A stretch of 64,000 bases of DNA from Escherichia coli (GTDB lineage Bacteria; Pseudomonadota; Gammaproteobacteria; Enterobacterales; Enterobacteriaceae), in assembly GCF_024298765.1 (NCBI RefSeq), contig NZ_CP101210.1, one strand, 5' to 3'. Of the stretch, positions 1 through 11,149 are shown in pieces (position 1 is the first letter of the stretch; each line of letters opens with the position of its first letter). The translations under genes and the position numbers were made by a program. The notes beneath the pieces are model-generated. The model was given only the letters and a program-made list of their open reading frames with translations. It ran no database searches and was not told the origin of the DNA.

Positions 1-124
1 CTTTTCGGGCATGGGCGACCGTATTCGCGGCATTTTCAGTAGCGGGGAATTTTTCCAGCAATGCGACAGGAGGAAGTAACTCTTTGATTTCTTTGATGCG
101 TAAATCGTCGTTCTGATAATTCAT
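1..124 (-). CDS. aroG: DAHP synthase AroG, N-terminal 41 codons only (gene continues beyond window start)
   Basis: Reverse-strand translation from ATG at 122-124 reads MNYQNDDLRIKEIKELLPPVALLEKFPATENAANTVAHARK, the AroG N-terminus. Confidence 0.8.
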   Translation of the reverse strand, partial: MNYQNDDLRIKEIKELLPPVALLEKFPATENAANTVAHARK

Positions 125-439
125 GTCTGTTCCAGTGTTGCCATACTTATCTTAGTGAATGCAATACTTCCAATCTATATCTTCCGTCAGAATGTGTAAA
201 CGGGGTTTTACACTATGAACGGATTAATCCTGGAATTAGCAAGAAAAACGCCAGATTGTCGCGAAAAACGAGATCTCTCCTACAATTTCTAACTGTAACT
301 CCTTTGTTTGTTAATTATTTCAAGATTCTCTGCTGGGTATCTTTGCCTGGCTGAAATCTTAAACCATTGCCTTATATTCACCTGCAAATGCACTGTTGGA
401 AGAGGTTATCCGACATAACGACCATAACAGGAGCATCCT

Positions 440-820
440 ATGAAAATGACAAAACTGGCCACACTATTTTTGACTGCCACTCTAAGCCTTGCCAGCGGTG
501 CCGCACTGGCTGCCGATAGCGGAGCGCAAAGCAATAACGGCCAGGCAAACGCCGCAGCTGATGCGGGCCAGGTAGCCCCTGACGCCCGTGAAAATGTCGC
601 GCCAAATAACGTCGACAATAACGGGGTAAATACCGGTTCTGGAGGCACAATGCTGCATCCGGATGGTTCTTCAATGAACAACGACGGCATGACCAAAGAT
701 GAAGAGCACAAGAACACCATGTGCAAAGATGGTCGCTGCCCGGATATCAATAAAAAAGTCCAAACCGGTGATGGCATCAACAATGATGTCGATACCAAAA
801 CCGACGGTACCACGCAGTAA
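440..820 (+). CDS. ybgS: Small secreted Gly/Asn-rich protein YbgS
   Basis: 126-aa ORF with an N-terminal signal peptide ([24 protein letters not shown]) and low-complexity N/G/D-rich body; position between aroG and zitB. Confidence 0.8.
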   Translation: MKMTKLATLFLTATLSLASGAALAADSGAQSNNGQANAAADAGQVAPDARENVAPNNVDNNGVNTGSGGTMLHPDGSSMNNDGMTKDEEHKNTMCKDGRCPDINKKVQTGDGINNDVDTKTDGTTQ

Positions 821-841
821 CCCTGCGAAATAGCCAATAAT

Positions 842-872
842 GGGAGAGCGGAGTCTCTCCCTTTTAATTTTT
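842..872 (+). terminator. Rho-independent terminator after ybgS
   Basis: GC hairpin gggagagcggagtctctccc followed by a T-run. Confidence 0.5.
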
Positions 873-933
873 CCCTTCTAAAAGCAGTATGATGTCATAA
901 AGTTAAGTGAGAATAATTAAGGGATGACTCGTC

Positions 934-1875
934 ATGGCGCACTCACACTCACACACTTCCTCACACCTGCCAGAAGATAATAATGCTCGTCGCTTGTTAT
1001 ATGCTTTCGGCGTGACTGCCGGGTTTATGCTCGTAGAAGTCATTGGTGGTTTTCTTTCCGGTTCTCTGGCATTGCTGGCCGATGCGGGTCATATGTTGAC
1101 CGATACTGCCGCCCTGCTTTTCGCCCTACTCGCAGTGCAATTTTCCCGTCGTCCTCCCACCATTCGCCACACTTTCGGTTGGCTAAGATTGACCACGCTC
1201 GCGGCGTTTGTGAATGCCATCGCCCTGGTGGTGATTACTATTTTGATTGTCTGGGAGGCGATAGAACGCTTCCGCACTCCGCGTCCGGTCGAGGGCGGCA
1301 TGATGATGGCAATTGCCGTGGCTGGGCTGCTGGCAAATATACTTTCTTTCTGGTTACTTCATCACGGCAGCGAAGAGAAAAACCTCAACGTGCGAGCAGC
1401 GGCACTGCATGTGCTCGGGGACCTGCTGGGTTCGGTTGGGGCTATTATTGCCGCGTTGATTATTATCTGGACCGGCTGGACACCTGCTGACCCCATTCTC
1501 TCAATACTGGTGTCGCTTCTGGTTCTGCGTAGCGCGTGGCGACTGTTGAAAGATAGCGTGAATGAATTACTTGAAGGTGCACCGGTATCGCTGGATATCG
1601 CCGAACTGAAGCGTCGTATGTGCCGGGAAATCCCGGAAGTCCGCAATGTGCACCATGTGCATGTATGGATGGTAGGCGAGAAGCCGGTGATGACGCTGCA
1701 TGTGCAGGTGATCCCGCCACACGATCACGATGCCTTGTTAGATCAGATCCAACACTACCTGATGGATCACTATCAGATTGAGCACGCCACTATTCAGATG
1801 GAATATCAACCTTGTCATGGGCCAGACTGCCACCTGAATGAAGGGGTGTCTGGCCATTCACATCATCACCATTAA
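934..1875 (+). CDS. zitB: Zn(II) efflux transporter, cation diffusion facilitator family
   Basis: 313-aa ORF, His-rich N- and C-termini, CDF transmembrane core; conserved position. Confidence 0.93.
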   Translation: MAHSHSHTSSHLPEDNNARRLLYAFGVTAGFMLVEVIGGFLSGSLALLADAGHMLTDTAALLFALLAVQFSRRPPTIRHTFGWLRLTTLAAFVNAIALVVITILIVWEAIERFRTPRPVEGGMMMAIAVAGLLANILSFWLLHHGSEEKNLNVRAAALHVLGDLLGSVGAIIAALIIIWTGWTPADPILSILVSLLVLRSAWRLLKDSVNELLEGAPVSLDIAELKRRMCREIPEVRNVHHVHVWMVGEKPVMTLHVQVIPPHDHDALLDQIQHYLMDHYQIEHATIQMEYQPCHGPDCHLNEGVSGHSHHHH

Positions 1876-2591
1876 TGGGACAGCGCGCGTGAACCTCTTT
1901 CGCGTGCGCTGTTGATCCACATCCGGCTGCCGTTGAGGGCAATAAAGGTCAGGATGATGTACTCCAGAGACATGGCGTAAACGCCCTGAAGTGCAAAAAT
2001 AACGACGCTAATCACGTTAATAATCACCCACAACAGCCAGTTTTCCACATACTTACGCGTCATCAGAATCATTGCCACGATAGATAACACCATCATGCAT
2101 GAATCCCAGAACGGGAAAGCGTCCGGCTGTAGTTCAGGCATCGCAACCTGTAATCCTAATGCTTGCATGATCATGACTGCCACGCGGGTCAAAAATGCAA
2201 ACACCGGATTGATAAATACTGTCATCAGACCAATCGAAACAACGCAAACCGCTAACCAGCTTAGCGCCTTCGGCAATGGCAACCAGCGAATTTTCAACTC
2301 CGCCTCGTTCTGACTGGTTTGTCGCGACCACGCATACCAGCCGTAAATATTCGCGGCAAAGAAAAACACCTGTAATAGCAGGCTGGCATACAGCTGAATC
2401 TGAAAGAAAATAATGCCAAACAAGGTGACGTTGATCAGGCCAAAGAAGTAGTTGCTGATCTTCTCCAGACTGGCAAGGCCAATACACAGCAACCCGGCGA
2501 TCGTGCCTACCGCTTCGATCCATGAGAGATCATAACCGCCTGCACCTATTGGTATATGTACCAGGATATTCTGCACACTAAAAAAATCCAT
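1872..2591 (-). CDS. pnuC: Nicotinamide riboside transporter PnuC
   Basis: 239-aa polytopic membrane ORF directly downstream of nadA; 3' end overlaps the zitB stop by 4 nt (convergent). Confidence 0.93.
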   Translation of the reverse strand: MDFFSVQNILVHIPIGAGGYDLSWIEAVGTIAGLLCIGLASLEKISNYFFGLINVTLFGIIFFQIQLYASLLLQVFFFAANIYGWYAWSRQTSQNEAELKIRWLPLPKALSWLAVCVVSIGLMTVFINPVFAFLTRVAVMIMQALGLQVAMPELQPDAFPFWDSCMMVLSIVAMILMTRKYVENWLLWVIINVISVVIFALQGVYAMSLEYIILTFIALNGSRMWINSARERGSRALSH

Positions 2592-2628
2592 CTTTCCCCC
2601 AAAGCGTAACGTTACGCCTTATTATTCG

Positions 2629-3672
2629 TTATCCACGTAGTGTAGCCGCAAAATCCAGCATACGATTGAGCGGCACCAGCGCCCTCTCTCGCAGCCTTTC
2701 ATCAACATGAACCTCGTGATTGCTTCCTTCCTGTTCTAATGCCTCTGCGATGGCCTGAAGGCCATTCATGGCCATCCACGGACAATGCGCGCAGCTGCGG
2801 CAGGTTGCACCCTCACCCGCGGTTGGTGCTTCCAGTAACTCTTTATCTGGCACCGCCTGCTGCATTTTGTAGAAAATGCCCCGATCGGTTGCCACGATAA
2901 GCCGCTGATGTGGCAATGTTTTCGCAGCAGCGATCAGTTGACTGGTGGAACCGACCGCATCCGCCATATCGACAATAGCTTGTGGTGATTCTGGATGCAC
3001 CAGTATGGCAGCATCCGGGTATTCTTCTTGCAAGCGGGTTAACGCCTGAGTCTTAAATTCATCATGCACAATGCAGGCACCCTGCCAGCATAAAATGTCT
3101 GCGCCCGTCTGTTTTTGCACGTAACGCCCCAGATGTTTGTCGGGTGCCCAGATGATTTTTTCACCCAAACTATCCAGATGATCAATAAGTTCGACGGCAA
3201 TGCTTGAAGTTACCACCCAATCTGCGCGCGCTTTTACCGCAGCAGAAGTGTTGGCGTAGACGACGACAGTACGATCGGGATGGGCATCGCAAAATGCGTT
3301 AAATTCTTCAACAGGGCAGCCGAGATCCAGTGAACATTCAGCCTGAAGTGTCGGCATCAGAATTGTTTTTTCCGGACTGAGAATTTTGGCGGTTTCTCCC
3401 ATAAATCTCACCCCAGCGACTAATAACGTAGAAGCGGGATGCTTTGCACCGAAGCGCGCCATTTCCAGAGAATCAGAAATACAGCCACCGGTTTCTTCTG
3501 CCAGTTGTTGAATTTCGGGATCGGTATAGTAGTGGGCAACCATCACCGCATTACGTTCTTTTAGCAGACGTTTTATCTTCTCACGGTAATACGCTTTTTC
3601 ATCAATGCTTAACGGCGTCGGCTTCGGGGGGAAAGGATAAATCGCCGTGTCTGGATCAAACATCACGCTCAT
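2629..3672 (-). CDS. nadA: Quinolinate synthase A
   Basis: 347-aa ORF with conserved Cys ligands ([10 protein letters not shown] region) of the NadA 4Fe-4S family. Confidence 0.95.
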   Translation of the reverse strand: MSVMFDPDTAIYPFPPKPTPLSIDEKAYYREKIKRLLKERNAVMVAHYYTDPEIQQLAEETGGCISDSLEMARFGAKHPASTLLVAGVRFMGETAKILSPEKTILMPTLQAECSLDLGCPVEEFNAFCDAHPDRTVVVYANTSAAVKARADWVVTSSIAVELIDHLDSLGEKIIWAPDKHLGRYVQKQTGADILCWQGACIVHDEFKTQALTRLQEEYPDAAILVHPESPQAIVDMADAVGSTSQLIAAAKTLPHQRLIVATDRGIFYKMQQAVPDKELLEAPTAGEGATCRSCAHCPWMAMNGLQAIAEALEQEGSNHEVHVDERLRERALVPLNRMLDFAATLRG

Positions 3673-3744
3673 CTTACCATCTCGTTTTACAGGCTTAACG
3701 TTAAAACCGACATGAGCGTAATATTCGCTGTTATCGGTGAAATT

Positions 3745-3762
3745 TGTTTTATATGCTAAACA
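3745..3762 (-). promoter_or_regulatory. Candidate NadR operator in the nadA promoter
   Basis: TGTTTT-N6-TAAACA palindrome about 75-90 bp upstream of the nadA start, matching the TGTTTA-N6-TAAACA NadR box with one mismatch. Confidence 0.45.
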
Positions 3763-3920
3763 AGATAGTCGAATGGTGGGGAAAAGTCACTCGAATTACG
3801 TATGAGATGCCGAATGCCACACTTTGCGTCTTATTCCTCCGACGTAGAGTTGTTTACGCAGCAAACGCGGAGTATGTCATCAGGGTCAAGAATTGAAATT
3901 GAGAGATGCCTGAATAGCAA

Positions 3921-3946
3921 AAAAGCGCCTTTAGGGCGCTTTTTTG
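3921..3946 (-). terminator. Rho-independent terminator at 3' end of the lys/val tRNA operon
   Basis: Hairpin agcgccctaaaggcgct flanked by A-run/T-run immediately downstream of the last tRNA. Confidence 0.6.
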
Positions 3947-3949
3947 CAT

Positions 3950-4025
3950 TGGTGGGTCGTGCAGGATTCGAACCTGCGACCAATTGATTAAAAGTCAACT
4001 GCTCTACCAACTGAGCTAACGACCC
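3950..4025 (-). tRNA. lysQ: tRNA-Lys (UUU)
   Basis: Reverse complement gives GGGTCGTTAGCTCAGTTGGTAGAGCAGTTGACTTTTAATCAATTGGTCGCAGGTTCGAATCCTGCACGACCCACCA. Confidence 0.95.
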
Positions 4026-4058
4026 CTTGCGGGATTATGCTGCTTTAATCATTCAGGA

Positions 4059-4134
4059 TGGTGGGTCGTGCAGGATTCGAACCTGCGACCAATTGATTAA
4101 AAGTCAACTGCTCTACCAACTGAGCTAACGACCC
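4059..4134 (-). tRNA. lysZ: tRNA-Lys (UUU)
   Basis: Identical tRNA-Lys sequence, CCA encoded. Confidence 0.95.
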
Positions 4135-4182
4135 ATACGGGTGTTACCTGAAAGATTTCTACTCGGAACCAATGTTTAAAAT

Positions 4183-4258
4183 TGGTGGGTCGTGCAGGAT
4201 TCGAACCTGCGACCAATTGATTAAAAGTCAACTGCTCTACCAACTGAGCTAACGACCC
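4183..4258 (-). tRNA. lysY: tRNA-Lys (UUU)
   Basis: Identical tRNA-Lys sequence. Confidence 0.95.
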
Positions 4259-4261
4259 GAG

Positions 4262-4337
4262 TGGTGGGTGATGACGGGATCGAACCGCCGACCCCCTCCT
4301 TGTAAGGGAGGTGCTCTCCCAGCTGAGCTAATCACCC
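4262..4337 (-). tRNA. valZ: tRNA-Val (UAC)
   Basis: Reverse complement gives GGGTGATTAGCTCAGCTGGGAGAGCACCTCCCTTACAAGGAGGGGGTCGGCGGTTCGATCCCGTCATCACCCACCA. Confidence 0.95.
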
Positions 4338-4388
4338 GATACTGCGCTGGATACTACAAACTACTTCCACCGAACCCACAGTAATTAG

Positions 4389-4464
4389 TGGTGGGTCGTG
4401 CAGGATTCGAACCTGCGACCAATTGATTAAAAGTCAACTGCTCTACCAACTGAGCTAACGACCC
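4389..4464 (-). tRNA. lysW: tRNA-Lys (UUU)
   Basis: Identical tRNA-Lys sequence. Confidence 0.95.
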
Positions 4465-4466
4465 GG

Positions 4467-4542
4467 TGGTGGGTGATGACGGGATCGAACCGCCGACCCC
4501 CTCCTTGTAAGGGAGGTGCTCTCCCAGCTGAGCTAATCACCC
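4467..4542 (-). tRNA. valT: tRNA-Val (UAC)
   Basis: Identical tRNA-Val sequence. Confidence 0.95.
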
Positions 4543-4577
4543 GATACTACGCTGGATACTACAACTAACTATGTTAG

Positions 4578-4594
4578 TGGTGGGTCGTGCAGGA
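4578..4594 (-). other. 17-nt fragment identical to the 3' end of tRNA-Lys, in the lysT-valT spacer
   Basis: tggtgggtcgtgcagga matches the acceptor/T-arm end of tRNA-Lys, then diverges. Confidence 0.5.
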
Positions 4595-4677
4595 TGACTC
4601 GACTTCGTCTCGCCCTTCGGGCCGTTGCTGACGCAACGTTATCCTTCACGTTTTACTACCGCGTCCACCTTAGCGAT

Positions 4678-4753
4678 TGGTGGGTCGTGCAGGATTCGAA
4701 CCTGCGACCAATTGATTAAAAGTCAACTGCTCTACCAACTGAGCTAACGACCC
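4678..4753 (-). tRNA. lysT: tRNA-Lys (UUU), first gene of the operon
   Basis: Identical tRNA-Lys sequence. Confidence 0.95.
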
Positions 4754-4917
4754 ACTTTTTCGTTGCTTTCGGTTTGTTTGATATCCCGTGGCAACGGCGG
4801 CATATATTACTGATTTCAGACTTGAGCGCAACAAAAATTTCGATGTAGATCACTCAACTGCTTATGATTCGCACGACACGACCAGAAATAATGCGACTTC
4901 TGGTCGTGTGTTATGCA

Positions 4918-5709
4918 TTACATCGCGTTCAGACGTTTTTGCGCCTGTTTAGCGCCATCAGTACCAGGGTATTTACTGATAACCTGCTGGTATACGGCTT
5001 TCGCTTTTGCGGTGTCACCTTTGTCCTGCATGATGACGCCGACTTTAAACATCGCATCTGCAGCCTTCGGTGACTTCGGATAGTTTTTCACTACCGAAGC
5101 AAAATAATACGCCGCATCATCTTTTTTACCCTTGTTGTAGTTTAACTGACCCAGCCAATAATTGGCGTTTGGCAGGTAAGTTGAATCAGGGTAATTTTTG
5201 ATGAAATTCTGAAATGCCACCATTGCGTCATCCTGGCGGGATTTATCCTGCACCAGCGCAATAGCTGCATTGTAATCCGTGTTTGCATCACCGCTTTTCA
5301 CCGGCGCGCCAGCATTCGCAGTACCAGCATCAGCTGTCGGCGTCGTTGATGCCGCCACACCGCTTTGATCGCCGCTGGTTGATTGCGCCGCTGCACCACC
5401 GCTGCTGAGGCTGTCGATCTGCAACAGGATCTGCTTTTGCCGCTCCACGACCTGATTCAGTTGATACTGATTTTCCTGAATCTGACCACGCAGGGAATCA
5501 ATATCGGATTGATTATCAGAGAGTTGTTGCTGGAGTTGGGTTAAAAGCTGGCTGTGAGCATTAGAAATACGCTCAAGTTGAGTGACGCGGTCTTCGACCG
5601 AGCCTGAGCCGACACTACTGATTGGTGCCTGAGCAAAAGCGGCCCAGGGGGCCGCTATACCAACCAGTAACGACAGACTCAATAGTTGATGTCTGAAGTT
5701 ACTGCTCAT
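4918..5709 (-). CDS. cpoB: Cell division coordinator CpoB (YbgF), TPR periplasmic protein
   Basis: 263-aa ORF with signal peptide, coiled-coil and C-terminal TPR repeats; last gene of the tol-pal cluster. Confidence 0.93.
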   Translation of the reverse strand: MSSNFRHQLLSLSLLVGIAAPWAAFAQAPISSVGSGSVEDRVTQLERISNAHSQLLTQLQQQLSDNQSDIDSLRGQIQENQYQLNQVVERQKQILLQIDSLSSGGAAAQSTSGDQSGVAASTTPTADAGTANAGAPVKSGDANTDYNAAIALVQDKSRQDDAMVAFQNFIKNYPDSTYLPNANYWLGQLNYNKGKKDDAAYYFASVVKNYPKSPKAADAMFKVGVIMQDKGDTAKAKAVYQQVISKYPGTDGAKQAQKRLNAM

Positions 5710-5718
5710 GCAATTCTC

Positions 5719-6264
<546 letters not shown>

Positions 6265-6274
6265 TTAATTATTA

Positions 6275-7567
6275 TCACAGATACGGCGACCAGGCAGGGA
6301 ATTTGACCTGTCCATCAGTTGCCGGAAGACGCGCTTTGAAACGCCCATCTGTAGAAACCAAATTCAGCACGGATCCCATCCCCTGAGAAGAGCTGTAGAT
6401 TACCATAGTGCCGTTAGGTGCCAGACTTGGCGTTTCATCCAGGAACGTGGACGACAGAACTTGTACGCCTCCCGTTGCCAGATCTTGTTTGGCAATGTGC
6501 TGCTGCCCACCGTTGGAGCTGACCATTACCATAAATTTACCGTCGCTGCTGACATCCGCATCCTGGTTCTGCGAACCTTCCCAGGTAATACGTTGTGGCG
6601 CACCGCCGTTGATATTCACTTTATAAACCTGCGGACGACCGGCCTGGTCAGAAGTAAATGCCAGGTTCTGGCTGTCCGGGAACCAGGTCGGTTCGGTATT
6701 GTTACTGCGACCATCAGTTACCTGGCGGATCTGACCAGAAGCCAAATCCATTACGTACAGGTTCAGGCTACCGGTTTTCGACAAGGCGAATGCCAGTTTG
6801 CTGCCGTCTGGCGAGAATGCAGGTGCACCGTTGTGACGCGGGAATGAAGCCACCTGACGTACAGCGCCATTTGCCAGCGTCTGAATAACCAGCGCGGAAC
6901 GACCGCTTTCGAAGGTCACATAAGCCAGTTTAGAACCGTCTGGTGACCACGCCGGAGACATCAGCGGTTGCGGTGAACGGTGAACGACAAACTGGTTGTA
7001 ACCGTCATAGTCAGATACGCGCAGTTCATACGGGAACTGACCGCCGTTAGTCTGAACAACGTAGGCAATACGGGTACGGAACGCACCTTTAATACCGGTC
7101 AGTTTTTCAAATACTTCGTCACTGGCGGTATGACCAGCATAACGCAGCCACTGCTTGTTCACTTTGTACGAGTTCTGAGCAAGTACAGTACCCGGTGCGC
7201 CGCCAGTGTCAACAAGTTGATAAGCGACATTGTAAGAACCATCCGGATTCGGAGTGACCTGACCGACAACCACAGCGTCAATGCCCAGCGCGGACCATGC
7301 AGCTGGTTGTACTTCCTGCGCACTACCCGGCTGCTGTGGCAGACGAGCACGATCTAACGGATTAAATTTACCGCTGTTACGCAAGTCAGCAGCAACGATG
7401 CCGCCAATATCTTCAGGTGCCGCACCAGGCCCCGCCCACTGGAAAGGAACAACACCAATAGGACGACCGGAATCTACACCGCTGTCGATCACAATGCGGA
7501 CTTCAGCATGCAGAACTGATGCCCACAGTATGAGAAAACCAAATGCTACTCGTAATGCCTGCTTCAT
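6275..7567 (-). CDS. tolB: Tol-Pal system periplasmic beta-propeller protein TolB
   Basis: 430-aa ORF with signal peptide and WD40-like propeller repeats. Confidence 0.95.
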   Translation of the reverse strand: MKQALRVAFGFLILWASVLHAEVRIVIDSGVDSGRPIGVVPFQWAGPGAAPEDIGGIVAADLRNSGKFNPLDRARLPQQPGSAQEVQPAAWSALGIDAVVVGQVTPNPDGSYNVAYQLVDTGGAPGTVLAQNSYKVNKQWLRYAGHTASDEVFEKLTGIKGAFRTRIAYVVQTNGGQFPYELRVSDYDGYNQFVVHRSPQPLMSPAWSPDGSKLAYVTFESGRSALVIQTLANGAVRQVASFPRHNGAPAFSPDGSKLAFALSKTGSLNLYVMDLASGQIRQVTDGRSNNTEPTWFPDSQNLAFTSDQAGRPQVYKVNINGGAPQRITWEGSQNQDADVSSDGKFMVMVSSNGGQQHIAKQDLATGGVQVLSSTFLDETPSLAPNGTMVIYSSSQGMGSVLNLVSTDGRFKARLPATDGQVKFPAWSPYL

Positions 7568-7699
7568 CATATCTCCCTTATCTGGACCGATGGCCCACGA
7601 TAATTTAGCAGAATGTTAACAAACTAAAATACACAAAACTACCAGAACCCCGTAGCAACCGGTGCCTGATGTTGACCGTCGGAACAGTCAACATCGCGA

Positions 7700-8989
7700 T
7701 TACGGTTTGAAGTCCAATGGCGCGTTTTTGAACACTTCATATACTGCCTGGCTTGGTGGTTTCGGGATCTTCGCAAGTTTAGCTGCTGCCAACGCAGCTT
7801 GACAAAGTGCGGGATCGCCACCTTCAGGTTTGATATCCAGTAACATACCATCGGGTGCCAGTTTTATGCGCAGCGTACAGGTTTTGCCTGCATAGGACGA
7901 TGCGTCATAGAACTTACTTTCGATAGCAGATTTAATCTGCCCGGCATAGTTATTGATATCGGCCCCTGATGCGCCATTGTTTTTAGTATTACCACTCCCG
8001 GCAGGCGAAGCATTGTTCCCTTTCGCCCCTCCCCCCGTTTTCGGTGCATTCTTACCAGAGCTTAGCTCACCGAAAATATCATCTGCCTCTGCGGCAGCTT
8101 TTGCTGCAGCGGCTTTTTCAGCTGCTGCTTTTGCCGCTGCCGCTTTTTTGTCTGCGGCGGCTTTTTCTGCCGCTGCTTTCTTATCAGCTGCTGCCTTTTC
8201 AGCAGCCGCTTTTTCTGCTGCTTTTTTGTCGGCTGCCGCTTTCTCTGCTGCCGCTTTCTTATCAGCTGCAGCCTTTTCAGCAGCCGCTTTCTTCTCAGCT
8301 TCTGCCTTGGCTTTTTCAGCAGCTTCGGTTGCCGCTTTCTTTCTTGCTTCAGCTGCAGCTGCTTCTGTCGCTTCAGCTTTCTTCTTCAGCGCCGCAGCAG
8401 CAGCCTCGGCTTTTTTCTGCGCTTCGACTGCGGCTTTGGCGGCTTCTGCTTCTGCTTTTTTCTTCGCGTCTGCCGCCGCTTTCTTCGCTGCTTCTTCCGC
8501 AGCTTTAGCATCCGCTTCGGCCTTCGCTTTAGCATCCGCTTCGGCCTTCGCTTTAGCATCTGCCGCCGCTTTCGCTGCCGCCTCTTCCGCTTGCTTCTGC
8601 TTTAACTCGGCCTGTTTTGCGGCTTCTTCAGCCTGCTTTTTCTGCTCCTGAGCCGCTAACCGCTCTTTCTCAAGTTGCTTCAGGCGTTCCTGTTCAGCCG
8701 CTTGTTTCTCACGCAGTTCTTCAGCAGCCTGCTGCTCCTTCATCTTGCGCTGCTCATCAGAACGCTTCGCGCTTGATTCCTGGCTTTGCATACGTTTGTA
8801 CTGCTCAACTACCGCACCTGAATCAACCATGACAGCGTCGATGGACGAACCACCGCCGCCTCCGGCTGAAGCTTCTATATTCTCATCGAACGAACTCCAG
8901 ATCAGCGCCGCAAATAAGATGACATGCAGCACTGCTGAAATAATTATCGCCCGCTTGAGCTTGTCGTTTTGTTCGGTTGCCTTTGACAC
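7700..8989 (-). CDS. tolA: Tol-Pal system protein TolA
   Basis: N-terminal TM anchor, long Ala/Lys/Glu-rich helical domain II, conserved C-terminal domain III; 429 aa. Confidence 0.93.
   Translation of the reverse strand: MSKATEQNDKLKRAIIISAVLHVILFAALIWSSFDENIEASAGGGGGSSIDAVMVDSGAVVEQYKRMQSQESSAKRSDEQRKMKEQQAAEELREKQAAEQERLKQLEKERLAAQEQKKQAEEAAKQAELKQKQAEEAAAKAAADAKAKAEADAKAKAEADAKAAEEAAKKAAADAKKKAEAEAAKAAVEAQKKAEAAAAALKKKAEATEAAAAEARKKAATEAAEKAKAEAEKKAAAEKAAADKKAAAEKAAADKKAAEKAAAEKAAADKKAAAEKAAADKKAAAAKAAAEKAAAAKAAAEADDIFGELSSGKNAPKTGGGAKGNNASPAGSGNTKNNGASGADINNYAGQIKSAIESKFYDASSYAGKTCTLRIKLAPDGMLLDIKPEGGDPALCQAALAAAKLAKIPKPPSQAVYEVFKNAPLDFKP
8080..8620. repeat. Imperfect tandem coding repeats in tolA domain II
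   Basis: Directly repeated units, e.g. the 24-nt unit gcatccgcttcggccttcgctttagca repeated in tandem at about 8510-8560, encoding A/K/E/D repeats. Confidence 0.8.
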
Positions 8990-9053
8990 TCTCGGTTTCC
9001 AAAAACTGTTCGCCTGTTACCCGCTCTCTTTCAAGCAAGGGAAACGCAGATGT

Positions 9054-9482
9054 TTAGATAGGCTGCGTCATTAAACCAACCGATTTCACACCCGCACTAT
9101 GTAACAAGTTCAGTGCTTTAATTATTTCATCGTAAGGCACATCTTTTGCGCCACCGATCAGAAAGACCGTTTTCGGGTTGGCCTTGAAACGGCTGGACAC
9201 TTCCGCCACCACCTGCTCTGGTGGTAAACGCTCCAGACGATCTTTCTCAACCACCACGGTGTACTGACCAATACCAGACACTTCAACAATCACTGGCGGA
9301 TTATCGTTACTGCTCACCGCCTGTGATTCAGTAGCGTCTGGCAGATCGACCTCCACGCTCTGGGTGATGATGGGCGCTGTCGCCATAAAGATCAGCAACA
9401 GCACCAGCAGTACGTCCAGCAACGGTACAATGTTGATTTCGGACTTGAGATCGCGACGACCTCGTCCACGCGCTCTGGCCAT
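9054..9482 (-). CDS. tolR: Tol-Pal system protein TolR (ExbD family)
   Basis: 142-aa ORF, single TM, ExbD/TolR fold; gene order. Confidence 0.95.
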   Translation of the reverse strand: MARARGRGRRDLKSEINIVPLLDVLLVLLLIFMATAPIITQSVEVDLPDATESQAVSSNDNPPVIVEVSGIGQYTVVVEKDRLERLPPEQVVAEVSSRFKANPKTVFLIGGAKDVPYDEIIKALNLLHSAGVKSVGLMTQPI

Positions 9483-9485
9483 GGC

Positions 9486-10579
<1,094 letters not shown>

Positions 10580-10677
10580 TTTACATCCCGGTAATGCAAC
10601 AAAAGTTAGAGCTTTTAAACGCTGCTACTATACGCGCGCGATTGAGGTTTGGGAATGAGGGCAAGTTAAGGGAGCGT

Positions 10678-10714
10678 AAAAATTTATGGGCCTGACTCGG
10701 CCCATAAATTTTTA
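10678..10714 (-). terminator. Palindromic terminator between ybgE and the ybgC-tol promoter
   Basis: Perfect inverted repeat aaaaatttatgggcc / ggcccataaattttt flanked by A/T runs. Confidence 0.6.
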
Positions 10715-10728
10715 AAGAGAATTCTGAT

Positions 10729-11022
10729 TTAAAAGAAGAAGAAAATCAGCCCGACAATGAGAACAATATCGGCAAGCAATGGGCAAAAAATCCCTTGCCA
10801 GAGAACCTTCTGCGGACGAAAGCCCACGCCGTGAATCACACCAGCACAGACGGCCCACATCAGCAGTAAACCATGCCAGATTTCCAGTTCACTGGTCTTC
10901 GCGGCGAAACGTGATGGGTCCCAAAACATACATCCTGCTAACAGAAGTGCCATCACGAAGGAAAGCGCCCGCAGGGGGCGCTTGTCCATTACCGCATACA
11001 AGGTTGCGATAATCTTACTCAT
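10729..11022 (-). CDS. ybgE: Small inner-membrane protein YbgE (cyd operon)
   Basis: 97-aa hydrophobic ORF downstream of cydX. Confidence 0.85.
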   Translation of the reverse strand: MSKIIATLYAVMDKRPLRALSFVMALLLAGCMFWDPSRFAAKTSELEIWHGLLLMWAVCAGVIHGVGFRPQKVLWQGIFCPLLADIVLIVGLIFFFF

Positions 11023-11135
11023 CAGATGTCTTCTTGACCGGCTTTGCCTGATTCGACGTGCTCAAGCGCCAGCGCGGTGATTACCCCAAACGAACAGGCA
11101 AGAAGCGTTCCCAGAATCCATGCGAAATACCACAT
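11022..11135 (-). CDS. cydX: Cytochrome bd-I accessory subunit CydX (37 aa)
   Basis: Translation MWYFAWILGTLLACSFGVITALALEHVESGKAGQEDI; absent from the ORF track because it is under 60 aa; stop overlaps the ybgE start. Confidence 0.9.
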   Translation of the reverse strand: MWYFAWILGTLLACSFGVITALALEHVESGKAGQEDI

Positions 11136-11149
11136 TTTTAGCTCCTTAC

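Noticed and set aside
3802-3987. 61-aa + strand ORF
   Set aside because: Overlaps the tRNA operon terminator and the lysQ gene; no RBS and a low-complexity product.
3950-4753. Possible CRISPR-like array because of regularly spaced identical 76-bp units
   Set aside because: The units are complete tRNA-Lys and tRNA-Val genes with CCA ends and variable spacers; no CRISPR repeat/spacer periodicity and no cas genes.
4873-4910. Inverted repeat acgaccagaa / ttctggtcgt downstream of cpoB as an intrinsic terminator
   Set aside because: A hairpin is present but neither strand has a following U-run, so I did not call it a terminator; it may still be a processing or regulatory structure upstream of lysT.
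7953-8651. Long + strand ORFs (232 aa and 154 aa) rich in Ala/Leu/Pro/Ser
   Set aside because: Antisense to the tolA repeat domain; low-complexity translation of a GC-rich repetitive coding region, with no start context or independent support.
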